From a virus: a DNA stretch of 64,000 nt. Numbering within the stretch: the first letter of the stretch is position 1; every line of letters begins with the position of its first letter. A program made the translations under genes and the position numbers. The notes beneath the pieces were generated by a model. It ran no database searches and had not been told where the DNA came from. It was given only the letters and a program-made list of their open reading frames with translations. The DNA lies in the IMG/VR virus record IMGVR_UViG_3300047994_000054, positions 6,109 through 70,108 of that record; one strand, given 5' to 3'. This document shows positions 55,589 through 64,000 of the stretch, one piece after another.

Positions 55589-56868
55589 GCACGTTCACGA
55601 GCCGCTTCGGCTTCAACAAGTTCGGCGGTTTGGTCGGCGGCAGCATCCAGGACGATGGCTACAAGTTCGCCAACATCGACATCGACGCCGTGGACAAGCT
55701 GTTCACGGCCTTCGAGGCGCACACCCACGAGACGCACGGGCCGCTGGCCAACCCGTCCGGGCCGCCAACGGGCGCTGTCGTCGACACGGGCGGCAGCTTC
55801 GCGCCCGGTCTCCAGCTCTACTACTGCGTCACGTACCTCGACCAGAACGGCTTGGAGACGGGGCGCTCGGCCACGCTGAACCTGTCGACGCCTGACATCG
55901 CGGCAGGTCCCGCGCTGCCGGCGGTGACTGGCGGTACGGGTGGAAACCTGGTCCTGGGCAACTACACCTACTGGCTGACCCAGGTCACCGCCGGTGTCGA
56001 GAGCGACATCTCCGCGAGTGCGAGCATCACCCTCCAAGCGGGTCAGAGCTCCGTCACGGTCACCGCGTCGGAGAGCGGCACCTACAACGTCTACCGGCAG
56101 GGACCCGCCGACGTCGCTGGCTACAAGGTCCACCAGATCGTGGCCGGCACCGTCTTCAACGACACGGGTGCGGTCTATCCCAGCGACATCAACTATGACC
56201 CGACGCAGGCGCTGCCGACCTCCGGCGTGAGCCTGCCCGGCACCTACTCCACGACGATCGACATCGCCAGTGCTGACGCCAGCCTGGTCGGCACGCTTCC
56301 GGGCTGGAAGCTCTACCGCTCCATCGGAGACGACACCTTCACCAGCCCGGCCCTTGTCGCCACGGTCACCCAGACGGTCTCGGGAGGCGGCGGTGGCATC
56401 GTCACCACCTACACCGACGTCGGCGCTGCCACGCTGACCGGCCAGCCGCCGTACGCCAGCCAGACGATCGCCAGCTTCGGTGTCGTCGGTGGAGGCGGTG
56501 GAGGTGGCGGCGGTGCGGCCGGCGGCTACGTCGAGAACCCGATCCTGCTCGCCAGTGACGGCACGCCCTACCGGGTGGACGTGAACTCGGCCGGCTCGCT
56601 CATCGCCATCAGTCCTGGCGACACGACGTACGGCATCTTCGGCACGCCGTACCCCATCGGGTCGGGACCGTGCTTCGACACCAGCACCGACGTCTGGCGC
56701 TTGACCGTCGAGGAAGGTGGCACGTTGGTCACGACCAATGGTGCGACTGTCGATGCCACTCGGGACCAGGTCTACACCGCAGGGACCGGACCTCGATTGG
56801 TGACGCCGACCGGCAGTTACGACCTGACCCTCGATACAAGCGGCGCCCTGCTGCTGACGACCGTCTGA
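55585..56868 (+). CDS. Minor tail / fibre protein
   Basis: Repeated YY.VT...ET and YNVYR beta domains, poly-Gly hinge. Confidence 0.65.
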   Translation: MSTFTSRFGFNKFGGLVGGSIQDDGYKFANIDIDAVDKLFTAFEAHTHETHGPLANPSGPPTGAVVDTGGSFAPGLQLYYCVTYLDQNGLETGRSATLNLSTPDIAAGPALPAVTGGTGGNLVLGNYTYWLTQVTAGVESDISASASITLQAGQSSVTVTASESGTYNVYRQGPADVAGYKVHQIVAGTVFNDTGAVYPSDINYDPTQALPTSGVSLPGTYSTTIDIASADASLVGTLPGWKLYRSIGDDTFTSPALVATVTQTVSGGGGGIVTTYTDVGAATLTGQPPYASQTIASFGVVGGGGGGGGGAAGGYVENPILLASDGTPYRVDVNSAGSLIAISPGDTTYGIFGTPYPIGSGPCFDTSTDVWRLTVEEGGTLVTTNGATVDATRDQVYTAGTGPRLVTPTGSYDLTLDTSGALLLTTV

Positions 56869-56879
56869 GGAGACGACCC

Positions 56880-58217
56880 ATGACCACTCGCCAGTTCCTC
56901 TATGAGGACGACTCCCTGTCGTCTCCTCCCAGTGTCACGGGCCTGCCTGACGGCTACGCCCTGTTCACCAACGACGGCCATCTGCACGTCGTGCGCTCGG
57001 GCGCTTGGGTAGACATCACACCCGCCGGCGGTGGCGGTGGTGGCGGCGGTACGGGCAACGGCAATCTGATCGTCGGCACGACGGCGCTCAACGACATCAG
57101 CGCCTACACCGACAACCCGGACGCGCCTGCGGGCCTGAGCTTCGCGGGCGGCTACGCGAACGAGATGCACCAGCCCTTCACCCTCACGGGTGCCATGACC
57201 GTTGACAGCATTTCGTGGTGGAACGCCACGAGCGCGACGGTGGTGGCTGAGATCGGCGCGTTGTTCGGCACCAACTTCTACCCGTCCGGTGCCGCACCCG
57301 CTGTGACCGGCGAAGGCAAGCTCACCGGCACGTTCTCCACGCCCGTCAACCTTCCCGCCGGGACGCCCGACGAGGCTTTCTACGGCGCGTCGGAGCCCGG
57401 CACCTGGGCCGTGCACTTCTATCAGACGGGTGCTGCCACCAGCCCGGTCGAGGTCACCAACGCCATCGAGGGCGTGCATGGGCTGCTCGTGTCTCCGCTT
57501 CCGGAGGCGTTGTTCATCAACAGCGGAGCTGGCAGCCATTCACCTGGCGCCGCAGCAGCGGCCACGGTCCCGTTTGAGCTTCTCGGTCCGGTCGATACCG
57601 GTGCGGCCTACCCGCCCAGTGACATCGGGAACGCCGGTGATTACTTCCTCGACGTCACAACGCCGGGCGCATTCCAGCTCTACGGGCCGAAGACCGGGTC
57701 GACGTGGCCTACCAGCGGAGAGATCACCAGCGGGACCGGCACTGTTTTCGCCGGAAGCCTGTCTTCGGGTGCCAACCCCGACAACTCCATCGGACAGAAC
57801 GGCGACTGGTTCATCGACTTCGGCTCGACGCCGCCTTTCCTGCACGGACCTAAGACGAGCGACGACTGGTCCTCCAGTGGGGACGCGCTGTTCCCGACGT
57901 CGCCGTTCGCCTCCGTGCTGCCCGAGTCCGGGACCGTGACGATGGACTCGACCTACGGTGGTCAGGTTGTGGACGTGTCGTCGTCGTCCCCCAGCACCTT
58001 CACGCTGCCGACCGGCGTTCCCAGTTCCTACGGGATCTTCCACTGCCAGTTCGACCAGACGGGAACGGGTGCTGTCACCATCACGGCCGCAGCCGGCGTC
58101 ACGATCAACGGCGTCGACTCGGCGAGCCACACGATCACTGCCCAGTGGGAGTCGGTGTTCCTGCGCCAGCTCGCCTCGGGCGGCGACAACTACATCCTGA
58201 CTGGCTCATTCGCATAG
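56880..58217 (+). CDS. Tail fibre / receptor-binding protein
   Basis: Poly-Gly, two IG..GD..ID...GPKT...W repeats, C-terminal Q.GTGAVTI..G domain. Confidence 0.65.
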   Translation: MTTRQFLYEDDSLSSPPSVTGLPDGYALFTNDGHLHVVRSGAWVDITPAGGGGGGGGTGNGNLIVGTTALNDISAYTDNPDAPAGLSFAGGYANEMHQPFTLTGAMTVDSISWWNATSATVVAEIGALFGTNFYPSGAAPAVTGEGKLTGTFSTPVNLPAGTPDEAFYGASEPGTWAVHFYQTGAATSPVEVTNAIEGVHGLLVSPLPEALFINSGAGSHSPGAAAAATVPFELLGPVDTGAAYPPSDIGNAGDYFLDVTTPGAFQLYGPKTGSTWPTSGEITSGTGTVFAGSLSSGANPDNSIGQNGDWFIDFGSTPPFLHGPKTSDDWSSSGDALFPTSPFASVLPESGTVTMDSTYGGQVVDVSSSSPSTFTLPTGVPSSYGIFHCQFDQTGTGAVTITAAAGVTINGVDSASHTITAQWESVFLRQLASGGDNYILTGSFA

Positions 58218-58288
58218 CAGTGCTTCACGGACGTACGTGTGACGATGACGACGATGACGGTCGTTCGTGATGACCGAGGAGGGTGGCC

Positions 58289-58672
58289 ATGCTCGACACG
58301 ACCGCCCTTTGGGCAATCGTTCTGGGTGACCCTTCAAGCGGCACGACGGGCAACTCGTACGTCGACCTCGGCGTGCAGCTGCTCCAGTACGGGCTTGTTG
58401 GCCTGTTGCTCATCGACGTGGTGGGCACCCACAAGTTCCTGATCCCGCGCTGGGTTAGCGACCGGGACGCCGCCGCGCAAGCGGCTGTGCTGCTGCTCAA
58501 GGACCAGCAGATCGCGGACCTACGCGGTGACCTGCTGGAACTCAAGACCGCGCAGGCTGAGCTCCAGAAGCAGATGCAAGAGCGCTACATCCCGGCTCTG
58601 GTCCAGGTGACGGAGATCGCCAAGGACTACCTGGAGGAACTCCGTCGTCGTGGCCTGTCGCATGGGATGTAG
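58289..58672 (+). CDS. Lysis-module membrane protein
   Basis: LLQYGLVGLL TM helix plus coiled coil; GAGGAGG SD. Confidence 0.65.
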   Translation: MLDTTALWAIVLGDPSSGTTGNSYVDLGVQLLQYGLVGLLLIDVVGTHKFLIPRWVSDRDAAAQAAVLLLKDQQIADLRGDLLELKTAQAELQKQMQERYIPALVQVTEIAKDYLEELRRRGLSHGM

Positions 58673-58674
58673 CG

Positions 58675-58896
58675 GTGGCACGGGACGAGGAAGCGCACCG
58701 GATGTCCGTCGAGTCACTGCGACTGATCGTCGAGGCAGAGCATCTCCTGGGAGCCCTTGAGGCTCACATCGGTGAACTCCAGCAGTTCGTGCAGGTTGCG
58801 GGTCGAGACAACAACCAGGAGGACGCAGATGCTCACGCCCAAGAACCCGCCGCCCAAGACGCCGCCCAGGCGCCAGATCCCGACGGATCACCCTGA
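58675..58896 (+). CDS. Small helical protein
   Basis: Packed ORF overlapping the next gene. Confidence 0.45.
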   Translation: MARDEEAHRMSVESLRLIVEAEHLLGALEAHIGELQQFVQVAGRDNNQEDADAHAQEPAAQDAAQAPDPDGSP

Positions 58897-59452
58897 CGAT
58901 CTCGGCTCCCTCGACGCCAGCACTCAGAAGCTCACCGACATGGTGGCGACCCTGAGCAAGGCGTTGATTGACCAGGGTGAGCTCCAGACGAGAACACTCG
59001 CTCTCACGAAGAAGACCGACACTCTCGAGCAGAGTCAACGCACCGGGGTCGAGAAGCTAGAGCAGTTGGCTGTGGAGACCTTGACGAAGAAGTCGGCGCG
59101 CAAACGGTTCCTGGCCAGCGCCTTCGTGGTGATCGTCTTTGCGCTCGGTCTCGTTTACCAGGTGCACCGCAACGCCTCCGATGCGCATGCCACCAAGGTC
59201 GCGCAGATGCATGAACTCGACAGCGACTACGCGCGCGTGCTGGCAGCTCGAGACAGCTGCGTCACCCGCAACCAGGCGACGCAGGTGCAGATCACTCTCT
59301 GGAAGCAGGAGTACCAGGCGATGATCGGCTACCACCTCACGGTGTTGGCCGGCGATCTCCAGACCGCCATCAGTTCGACGCCGCCGATCATCAACTGCTC
59401 GATCTACATCAAGCAGGCTCAGGTCCTATATAACGAAGGCGCCCGCATGTGA
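58829..59452 (+). CDS. Membrane-anchored coiled-coil protein
   Basis: AGGAGG SD, central TM helix. Confidence 0.65.
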   Translation: MLTPKNPPPKTPPRRQIPTDHPDDLGSLDASTQKLTDMVATLSKALIDQGELQTRTLALTKKTDTLEQSQRTGVEKLEQLAVETLTKKSARKRFLASAFVVIVFALGLVYQVHRNASDAHATKVAQMHELDSDYARVLAARDSCVTRNQATQVQITLWKQEYQAMIGYHLTVLAGDLQTAISSTPPIINCSIYIKQAQVLYNEGARM

Positions 59453-59489
59453 GGACGACCGTTCTCGCGCACCCGCAGAAGGAGAGCTC

Positions 59490-60236
59490 ATGAGCCAGAC
59501 CGTCGCGCAGTTCATCGCGCACTGCCGATCCCAGATCGGCGTCAAGGAGAACCCGCCCAACTCCAACGACACCCCGTACGGCGTCCAGTTCGGCTGGAAC
59601 GGCGTGGCGTGGTGCTCGATCTTCGCGTGGTGCATGTACACCGACTCGGGCATCGCCCTGCCGGTCAAGAGCGCCAGCGTCGTCGAGGTCTACCAGTGGG
59701 CTGAGCAGCACGGCTACGCCCGTCCCAGCACCGAGGCCGTGGCCGGCGACGTCATCTGCCGCACCTGGACCGGCAAGCAGATCGGCCAGCCTGGGTTCGA
59801 CGCGAACCAGACGCACATGCAGATCATGCTGGGCAAGCAGGGCAACACCCTGGACCTGATCGGCGGCAACCAGAGCGACCCGTCGGGTGGCATCGTCAGC
59901 TACGACTCCGAAACCGCAGGCGATGCCACCATCCTGGGCTCGATCGCCTGGACCCGACTGTTCACGTCGCCTGTTGCGTCGCCTCCGGTCACACACTCGC
60001 CCACCCCGCCGGCCCCGCCGAGCAACCACCCGACCTATCCGCTGCTCTACGAGGGCTGCCCCGAGACGTCCCAGACGATTCCCCTCATCAAGAGCGTCCA
60101 GACCAAGACCGGCTGCACCGCGGACGGAGACTTCGGTCCGATCACGAAGGCGCATGTCGAGACCTTCCAGTCCAATCACCATCTGTCGGTAGACGGCGTG
60201 GTGGGTCCGCAGACCTACTCCGCACTGGGGATGTGA
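59490..60236 (+). CDS. Endolysin (CHAP + peptidoglycan-binding domain)
   Basis: QIGVKE...WCSIF...H...IGGN; DGDFGP.T...FQ....VDGVVGPQT. Confidence 0.88.
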   Translation: MSQTVAQFIAHCRSQIGVKENPPNSNDTPYGVQFGWNGVAWCSIFAWCMYTDSGIALPVKSASVVEVYQWAEQHGYARPSTEAVAGDVICRTWTGKQIGQPGFDANQTHMQIMLGKQGNTLDLIGGNQSDPSGGIVSYDSETAGDATILGSIAWTRLFTSPVASPPVTHSPTPPAPPSNHPTYPLLYEGCPETSQTIPLIKSVQTKTGCTADGDFGPITKAHVETFQSNHHLSVDGVVGPQTYSALGM

Positions 60237-60237
60237 G

Positions 60238-60600
60238 ATGAACACCCTCTCGACGGAGACGCTGCTCTGGGGCCTTGTGGCCTCACTGGTGGTGCCCATG
60301 CTGGTGGCCCTGGTGGCGCATGTGCGCTCGGCCAGTTGGGTGAAGTCGATTCTGGTCCTGGTGCTGTCGGCCCTCGGGTCAGCTGCCACCAACGCCAGCG
60401 TCACACATCTGACGGTCAGGAACTTCCTATTGTCGTTCGCGCAGATCGCTGCGCTGTCGGTGGTCGCTCACATGGGCTTTCTCTCCCAGTTCCAGATCAC
60501 CGGCGCGCAGGGCTTGATCCAGAGGCTCATCCCCGCAGGTGTCGGTCAGGGCACGAGCGACTCGCCGGTCGGAAGCGGCAACGCGCCTCCGGCTGCCTGA
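60238..60600 (+). CDS. Holin
   Basis: 2-3 TM helices, directly after the lysin. Confidence 0.7.
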   Translation: MNTLSTETLLWGLVASLVVPMLVALVAHVRSASWVKSILVLVLSALGSAATNASVTHLTVRNFLLSFAQIAALSVVAHMGFLSQFQITGAQGLIQRLIPAGVGQGTSDSPVGSGNAPPAA

Positions 60601-60692
60601 CTGGACTGGGGTGCCTGTGGATGCGGTGGGGACGACCGGGGGATAGTGGCCTGGGTCACAGATTTGTCTGACAGATTCGCTATGTTCACCGG

Positions 60693-60911
60693 GTGCCTCC
60701 AGCCCCCGGGCGCGAACAGCTCGCGCGCGACCTTGCCGAACTACTCGACACGATGTCGGTGGAGTCGATGTTCTATCTGCGCCAGGCACTCGAAGCATCC
60801 AAGATCGAGAAGGCCGGCGGCACACTGCTGATCAACATCCCACGCAAGGTCGGCGAGTACGCGCAAGTGCGCTGGGCTGGCGGGTCGCACGAGTCATTCC
60901 TGCGCCTGTGA
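60693..60911 (+). CDS. Small hypothetical protein
   Basis: TATGTT -10-like element just upstream (possibly leaderless). Confidence 0.55.
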   Translation: MPPAPGREQLARDLAELLDTMSVESMFYLRQALEASKIEKAGGTLLINIPRKVGEYAQVRWAGGSHESFLRL

Positions 60912-61072
60912 CCTGGGCAGACATCGTGACAGCGACCGTCCTCGGCTGACCGGCCTTGCGATCTGTCAGACCCACCGTCTAGCGTCCGACTTCCTCGCCG
61001 GGTCCACCCCCCGGACTCGGCGAGGCTCACTTTGCTTCACCAGCTTCACGAGCACCCCGCGAACCACTAGGT

Positions 61073-61179
61073 CGGTGACGACCAGCGCAGTCCAGGCGAA
61101 GCCTGCTGCGTGCCGCTACGCGAAACGCGTAGACCCACGGCGATCAGCTCACGAGTTCATCTCGCGCTGGTCGTCGCCG
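61073..61179 (+). other. Multibranch structured element
   Basis: 16 bp closing stem enclosing two hairpins. Confidence 0.5.
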
Positions 61180-61193
61180 GGATCGGCACAGGC

Positions 61194-62057
61194 ATGGATA
61201 TACGACAGAGTTCGCTCAACGCGTACAGCCGTTGTGCACAGCAGAAGAAGCTGTATGACCTTGCAGCGCAAGGGATTGGACCTCAGCCCGAGTCGCTGAG
61301 CCGCACGGTTTATGGAACTGTTGTCCACCACGCGCTCCAGGTGATGGAGACCGAGCACTTCAACGGGAACCCCGCTGCTCTGTCCGTGGCGCGGGCGTCT
61401 CTGGCCTACTACTGGCACCCCGACCACGTCGAGGAGCTGCCCGGCACGAAGGCCGTGGACCGCTGGCTCGTCAACGACTCCTATGGCACGATGCGCGCCC
61501 AGGGTCTCGAGCGGCTGGACCTGTACTACGACCAGCTGCGCACCGACAACGGGCTGCTGCTCGCCCTCGAGATGCCGTTCCGGCTGCCGATCGACCTGGG
61601 CGACCTGGGTGTGCACCACCTGACCGGGACGATGGACCGGCTGTGCCTGCGTCGCAAGGCGCGTCAGCCCTACGTCTCGATCGAGGACTATAAGACCGGG
61701 CGCCGTCCGACGTTCCTGCGGCACGCGATCCAGTGGACGGTCTACTGCTGGGCCACCACCCAGCGCGAGTTCTGGGACCCGTTCCCCGATGCGGACGACC
61801 GTTGGCGCACGTACGCCGACTGGCCACGCCGTGGGACCTGGATCGACATGAAGCTCGTGAAGCGGGTCGACTGCGGCGAACGGGTGCAGACCGACTACGA
61901 CCGGATGATCCTGGCCTGCCGCGAGTACGTGAAAGCCCACATCTACGACGTCTTTCCGCTGTCGATCAGCGGGGAGCACTGCCAGTACTGCGCGTTCTCG
62001 ACCACCTGTGCGGGCGTCGGTCTCGCTGACGTCGGTGACTACAAGGCGGTCCGGTGA
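61194..62057 (+). CDS. PD-(D/E)XK RecB/AddB/Cas4-like exonuclease
   Basis: C near the N-terminus, GTVVH, LTGTMDR, EDYKTG, CQYC....C. Confidence 0.88.
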   Translation: MDIRQSSLNAYSRCAQQKKLYDLAAQGIGPQPESLSRTVYGTVVHHALQVMETEHFNGNPAALSVARASLAYYWHPDHVEELPGTKAVDRWLVNDSYGTMRAQGLERLDLYYDQLRTDNGLLLALEMPFRLPIDLGDLGVHHLTGTMDRLCLRRKARQPYVSIEDYKTGRRPTFLRHAIQWTVYCWATTQREFWDPFPDADDRWRTYADWPRRGTWIDMKLVKRVDCGERVQTDYDRMILACREYVKAHIYDVFPLSISGEHCQYCAFSTTCAGVGLADVGDYKAVR

Positions 62058-62116
62058 TGGAAGGCGGGAGCCTGCGAGCACTGACGAGCTGACCCAACGA
62101 GCCGCAACGAGATGGA

Positions 62117-63640
62117 GTGATCCAGGTGGTATTGACAATCAGGACAACGGGAGTCGAGGACTTCCTGCAAGGTGGCAACGCCTTCATGAAAGCGCTGATC
62201 ATGGGCGCACCGGGTGTCGGCAAGACCCGTTCAGCCAGCTTCTGGCCGAAGCCGGTCTTCGCGGACTGCGAGAAGGGCCGGATGTCCCTGGCCGATCGCA
62301 GCGTCCCCTACGCGGAGATCAAGAACACGTCCGAGATGGACGCGCTGCTCAAGATGCTGTGGCTGGAGTGCAAGAAGCCCTTGCAGCAGAGGCAGTTTCA
62401 GACGCTCGTCATCGACACGCTGGACGCCTACCAGCGCATCGTGATGCAGGAGCGGCTGGACGCCGAGAACAAGGCAGCGTTCTCCGGCTGGCAGGACTGG
62501 GGGTACCTCGACGGCAAGATGACCCAGTTCATCGCCAAGCTCCACCAGCTCGACATGAACATCGTCGTGAACCTGCACATCAAGGACACGCAGATCGGTG
62601 ACGACGACGCCAAGATCGCGGTGATGGGGCCGAAGCTCAAGGGTGACCTCAAGGACCAGATCAGCGCCGAGTTCGACCTCGTCGGCTACATGGGCACGTA
62701 CTACGAGGCGCACGAGGGCGAGCGCGTTCTGCGTCGAGGCATCCAGTGGTGGTCCGATCCCAGCAAGCCCATGCTCAAGGACCGCTCGGGTCAGCTGCCG
62801 AAGTGGACCGCCGTCAACTTCACCGACGACGACTACGCCAACCTGTTCGGCCACGTCGTCAGTGGCGCTGACAAGCTCCAGGAGAGCCAGCATGTGCTCA
62901 CCCTGGAGACCGACGAGGTACTGGGCGACGCTGCTCCGGTCGCACCCAAGACTGGCGGACCGGTAGGTAACACCGCGATCACGCCGCCCGCCAGCAACAC
63001 CAAGGCTGCGTCGGCTCCGCCGGCGGGTGCTGCCGTACAGCCCGTACAGCCGACACCGGTCGTTCGCAGCAGCATCCCGCCGGCCGCCAAGCGGCCGCCG
63101 GCTGCCGCACCAGCAACGCCGGCACCAGTTGGCGCGGTCGCCGAAGCGGCAGCTCCGGCCGTCGTACCTGCGACGCCCGAGCCCAGTCCCGCTCCGACGC
63201 CGCCCGTCACCGCTGCCCCGGCACCTGAGGTGGCAACCGCCCCGGCTCAAGAATCTGTCGCGGATGTAGCGCCGGTGGCCGAGCCGGTCGCTACCGCCCC
63301 GGTTGCGGCAGATGTCCCTGCGGTGACGCTGGAACAGGCCGTCGAGAACGTCCAGGCGGGCATCGGTGGCGAGGTCATCACGCCGACCGCACCTGTCGAA
63401 GCACCTCCCACGGAGGTGGCCAGTGCTCCAGACCCAGTGGCACAGGCGGTGGACGCAGTCTTCTGCGGCACCGCATGGCCTGACGGAAGTGGTCCTGGAC
63501 AGGTGACCGGCTGCGGGCAGCAGATCGTCACCACGAAGCAGGGCGGCACGGAGAACCCGGACGTCGTCGAGATCGCTCAGCTTCGCACCCGCACCAACCT
63601 GTGTGAGGCGTGCTTTGCCGCGCACAGGGCCAGCAAGTAA
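62117..63640 (+). CDS. AAA_24/Sak4-like ATPase with Pro/Ala linker and C-terminal Zn site
   Basis: GAPGVGKT, DCEKG, VIDTL, KDRSG; CEAC. Confidence 0.8.
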   Translation: MIQVVLTIRTTGVEDFLQGGNAFMKALIMGAPGVGKTRSASFWPKPVFADCEKGRMSLADRSVPYAEIKNTSEMDALLKMLWLECKKPLQQRQFQTLVIDTLDAYQRIVMQERLDAENKAAFSGWQDWGYLDGKMTQFIAKLHQLDMNIVVNLHIKDTQIGDDDAKIAVMGPKLKGDLKDQISAEFDLVGYMGTYYEAHEGERVLRRGIQWWSDPSKPMLKDRSGQLPKWTAVNFTDDDYANLFGHVVSGADKLQESQHVLTLETDEVLGDAAPVAPKTGGPVGNTAITPPASNTKAASAPPAGAAVQPVQPTPVVRSSIPPAAKRPPAAAPATPAPVGAVAEAAAPAVVPATPEPSPAPTPPVTAAPAPEVATAPAQESVADVAPVAEPVATAPVAADVPAVTLEQAVENVQAGIGGEVITPTAPVEAPPTEVASAPDPVAQAVDAVFCGTAWPDGSGPGQVTGCGQQIVTTKQGGTENPDVVEIAQLRTRTNLCEACFAAHRASK

Positions 63641-63670
63641 CCACCTCCAGGAACCCGGAAGGAACACCAG

Positions 63671-64000
63671 ATGGTCCAGTCAGTCGCACGAGACGCGAAG
63701 CTCTATCCGCACGAACAGGACACCCTCTACGACGCTCGTCTGATCAAGGTCGAGCAGCTCGACTTCCAGGGCGTCTACAAGCAGGGGCCGAAGATCGGCC
63801 AGCCGCGCGTCACCTCGAAGTGGGAGTGGAGCTTCGAGATCACCAGCGGCCAGCACGCCGGTGACGTCGTCAAGGGGTCAACCGAGCCCGAGCTGAACAT
63901 GCTGCTCCAGCAGGCCGGGCTGTTCCCGCCGTGCCGCCCGTGGGTCGAGTCGCTCACCGGCAAGGAGGTCTTCATCGGGCAGCCGTTCGACTCCGACTCG
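63671..64000 (+). CDS. Putative ssDNA-binding protein (partial)
   Basis: MVQSVARDAK...KWEWSFEI; follows the exonuclease and Sak4-like genes; GAAGGA SD. Confidence 0.55.
   Translation, partial: MVQSVARDAKLYPHEQDTLYDARLIKVEQLDFQGVYKQGPKIGQPRVTSKWEWSFEITSGQHAGDVVKGSTEPELNMLLQQAGLFPPCRPWVESLTGKEVFIGQPFDSDS

Larger units (their letters stand above)
1..64000. mobile_element. Actinobacterial siphophage genome segment
   Basis: Terminase-portal-capsid-tail-tape measure-lysin synteny, high GC, no host housekeeping genes. Confidence 0.95.

Noticed and set aside
61194-62057. cas4 of a CRISPR system
   Set aside because: No cas1 or array; it sits in a recombination module.
1-64000. tRNA genes, integrase or att site, stop-codon recoding
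   Set aside because: No T-loop or cloverleaf and no recombinase motifs noticed by eye; all three stop codons end genes normally.

Overview
High-GC segment of a large, apparently lytic actinobacterial siphophage. No integrase, tRNA or CRISPR array is seen. 1-9.2 kb is a leftward block: DUF6744-like gene, VWA protein, MoxR-type AAA ATPase, ATP-dependent DNA ligase, Ku, and many small genes. 9.25-9.71 kb is a repeat-rich divergent control region. 9.7-20 kb is rightward accessory genes: a broken Acb2/Tad1-like gene, a RyR-domain gene, an Rpf-like transglycosylase with an overprinted gene, a LexA-like repressor and RusA. Packaging genes follow: putative TerS, HNH, HTH, GAF, and TerL with a class 3 intein. 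Then come head genes, a 9 kb fibre/esterase block, neck and tail genes (frameshifted chaperone, about 1680 aa tape measure), lysis genes, and the start of a recombination module. Main hidden signals: a sigma28-like late promoter (TCAG-N16-GCCGAT), often leaderless; a 16 bp palindromic operator family; SOS-box-like sites; and a phage Ku+ligase pair in a genome with many tandem duplications and deletion scars. All family calls are by-eye motif recognition, not database hits.
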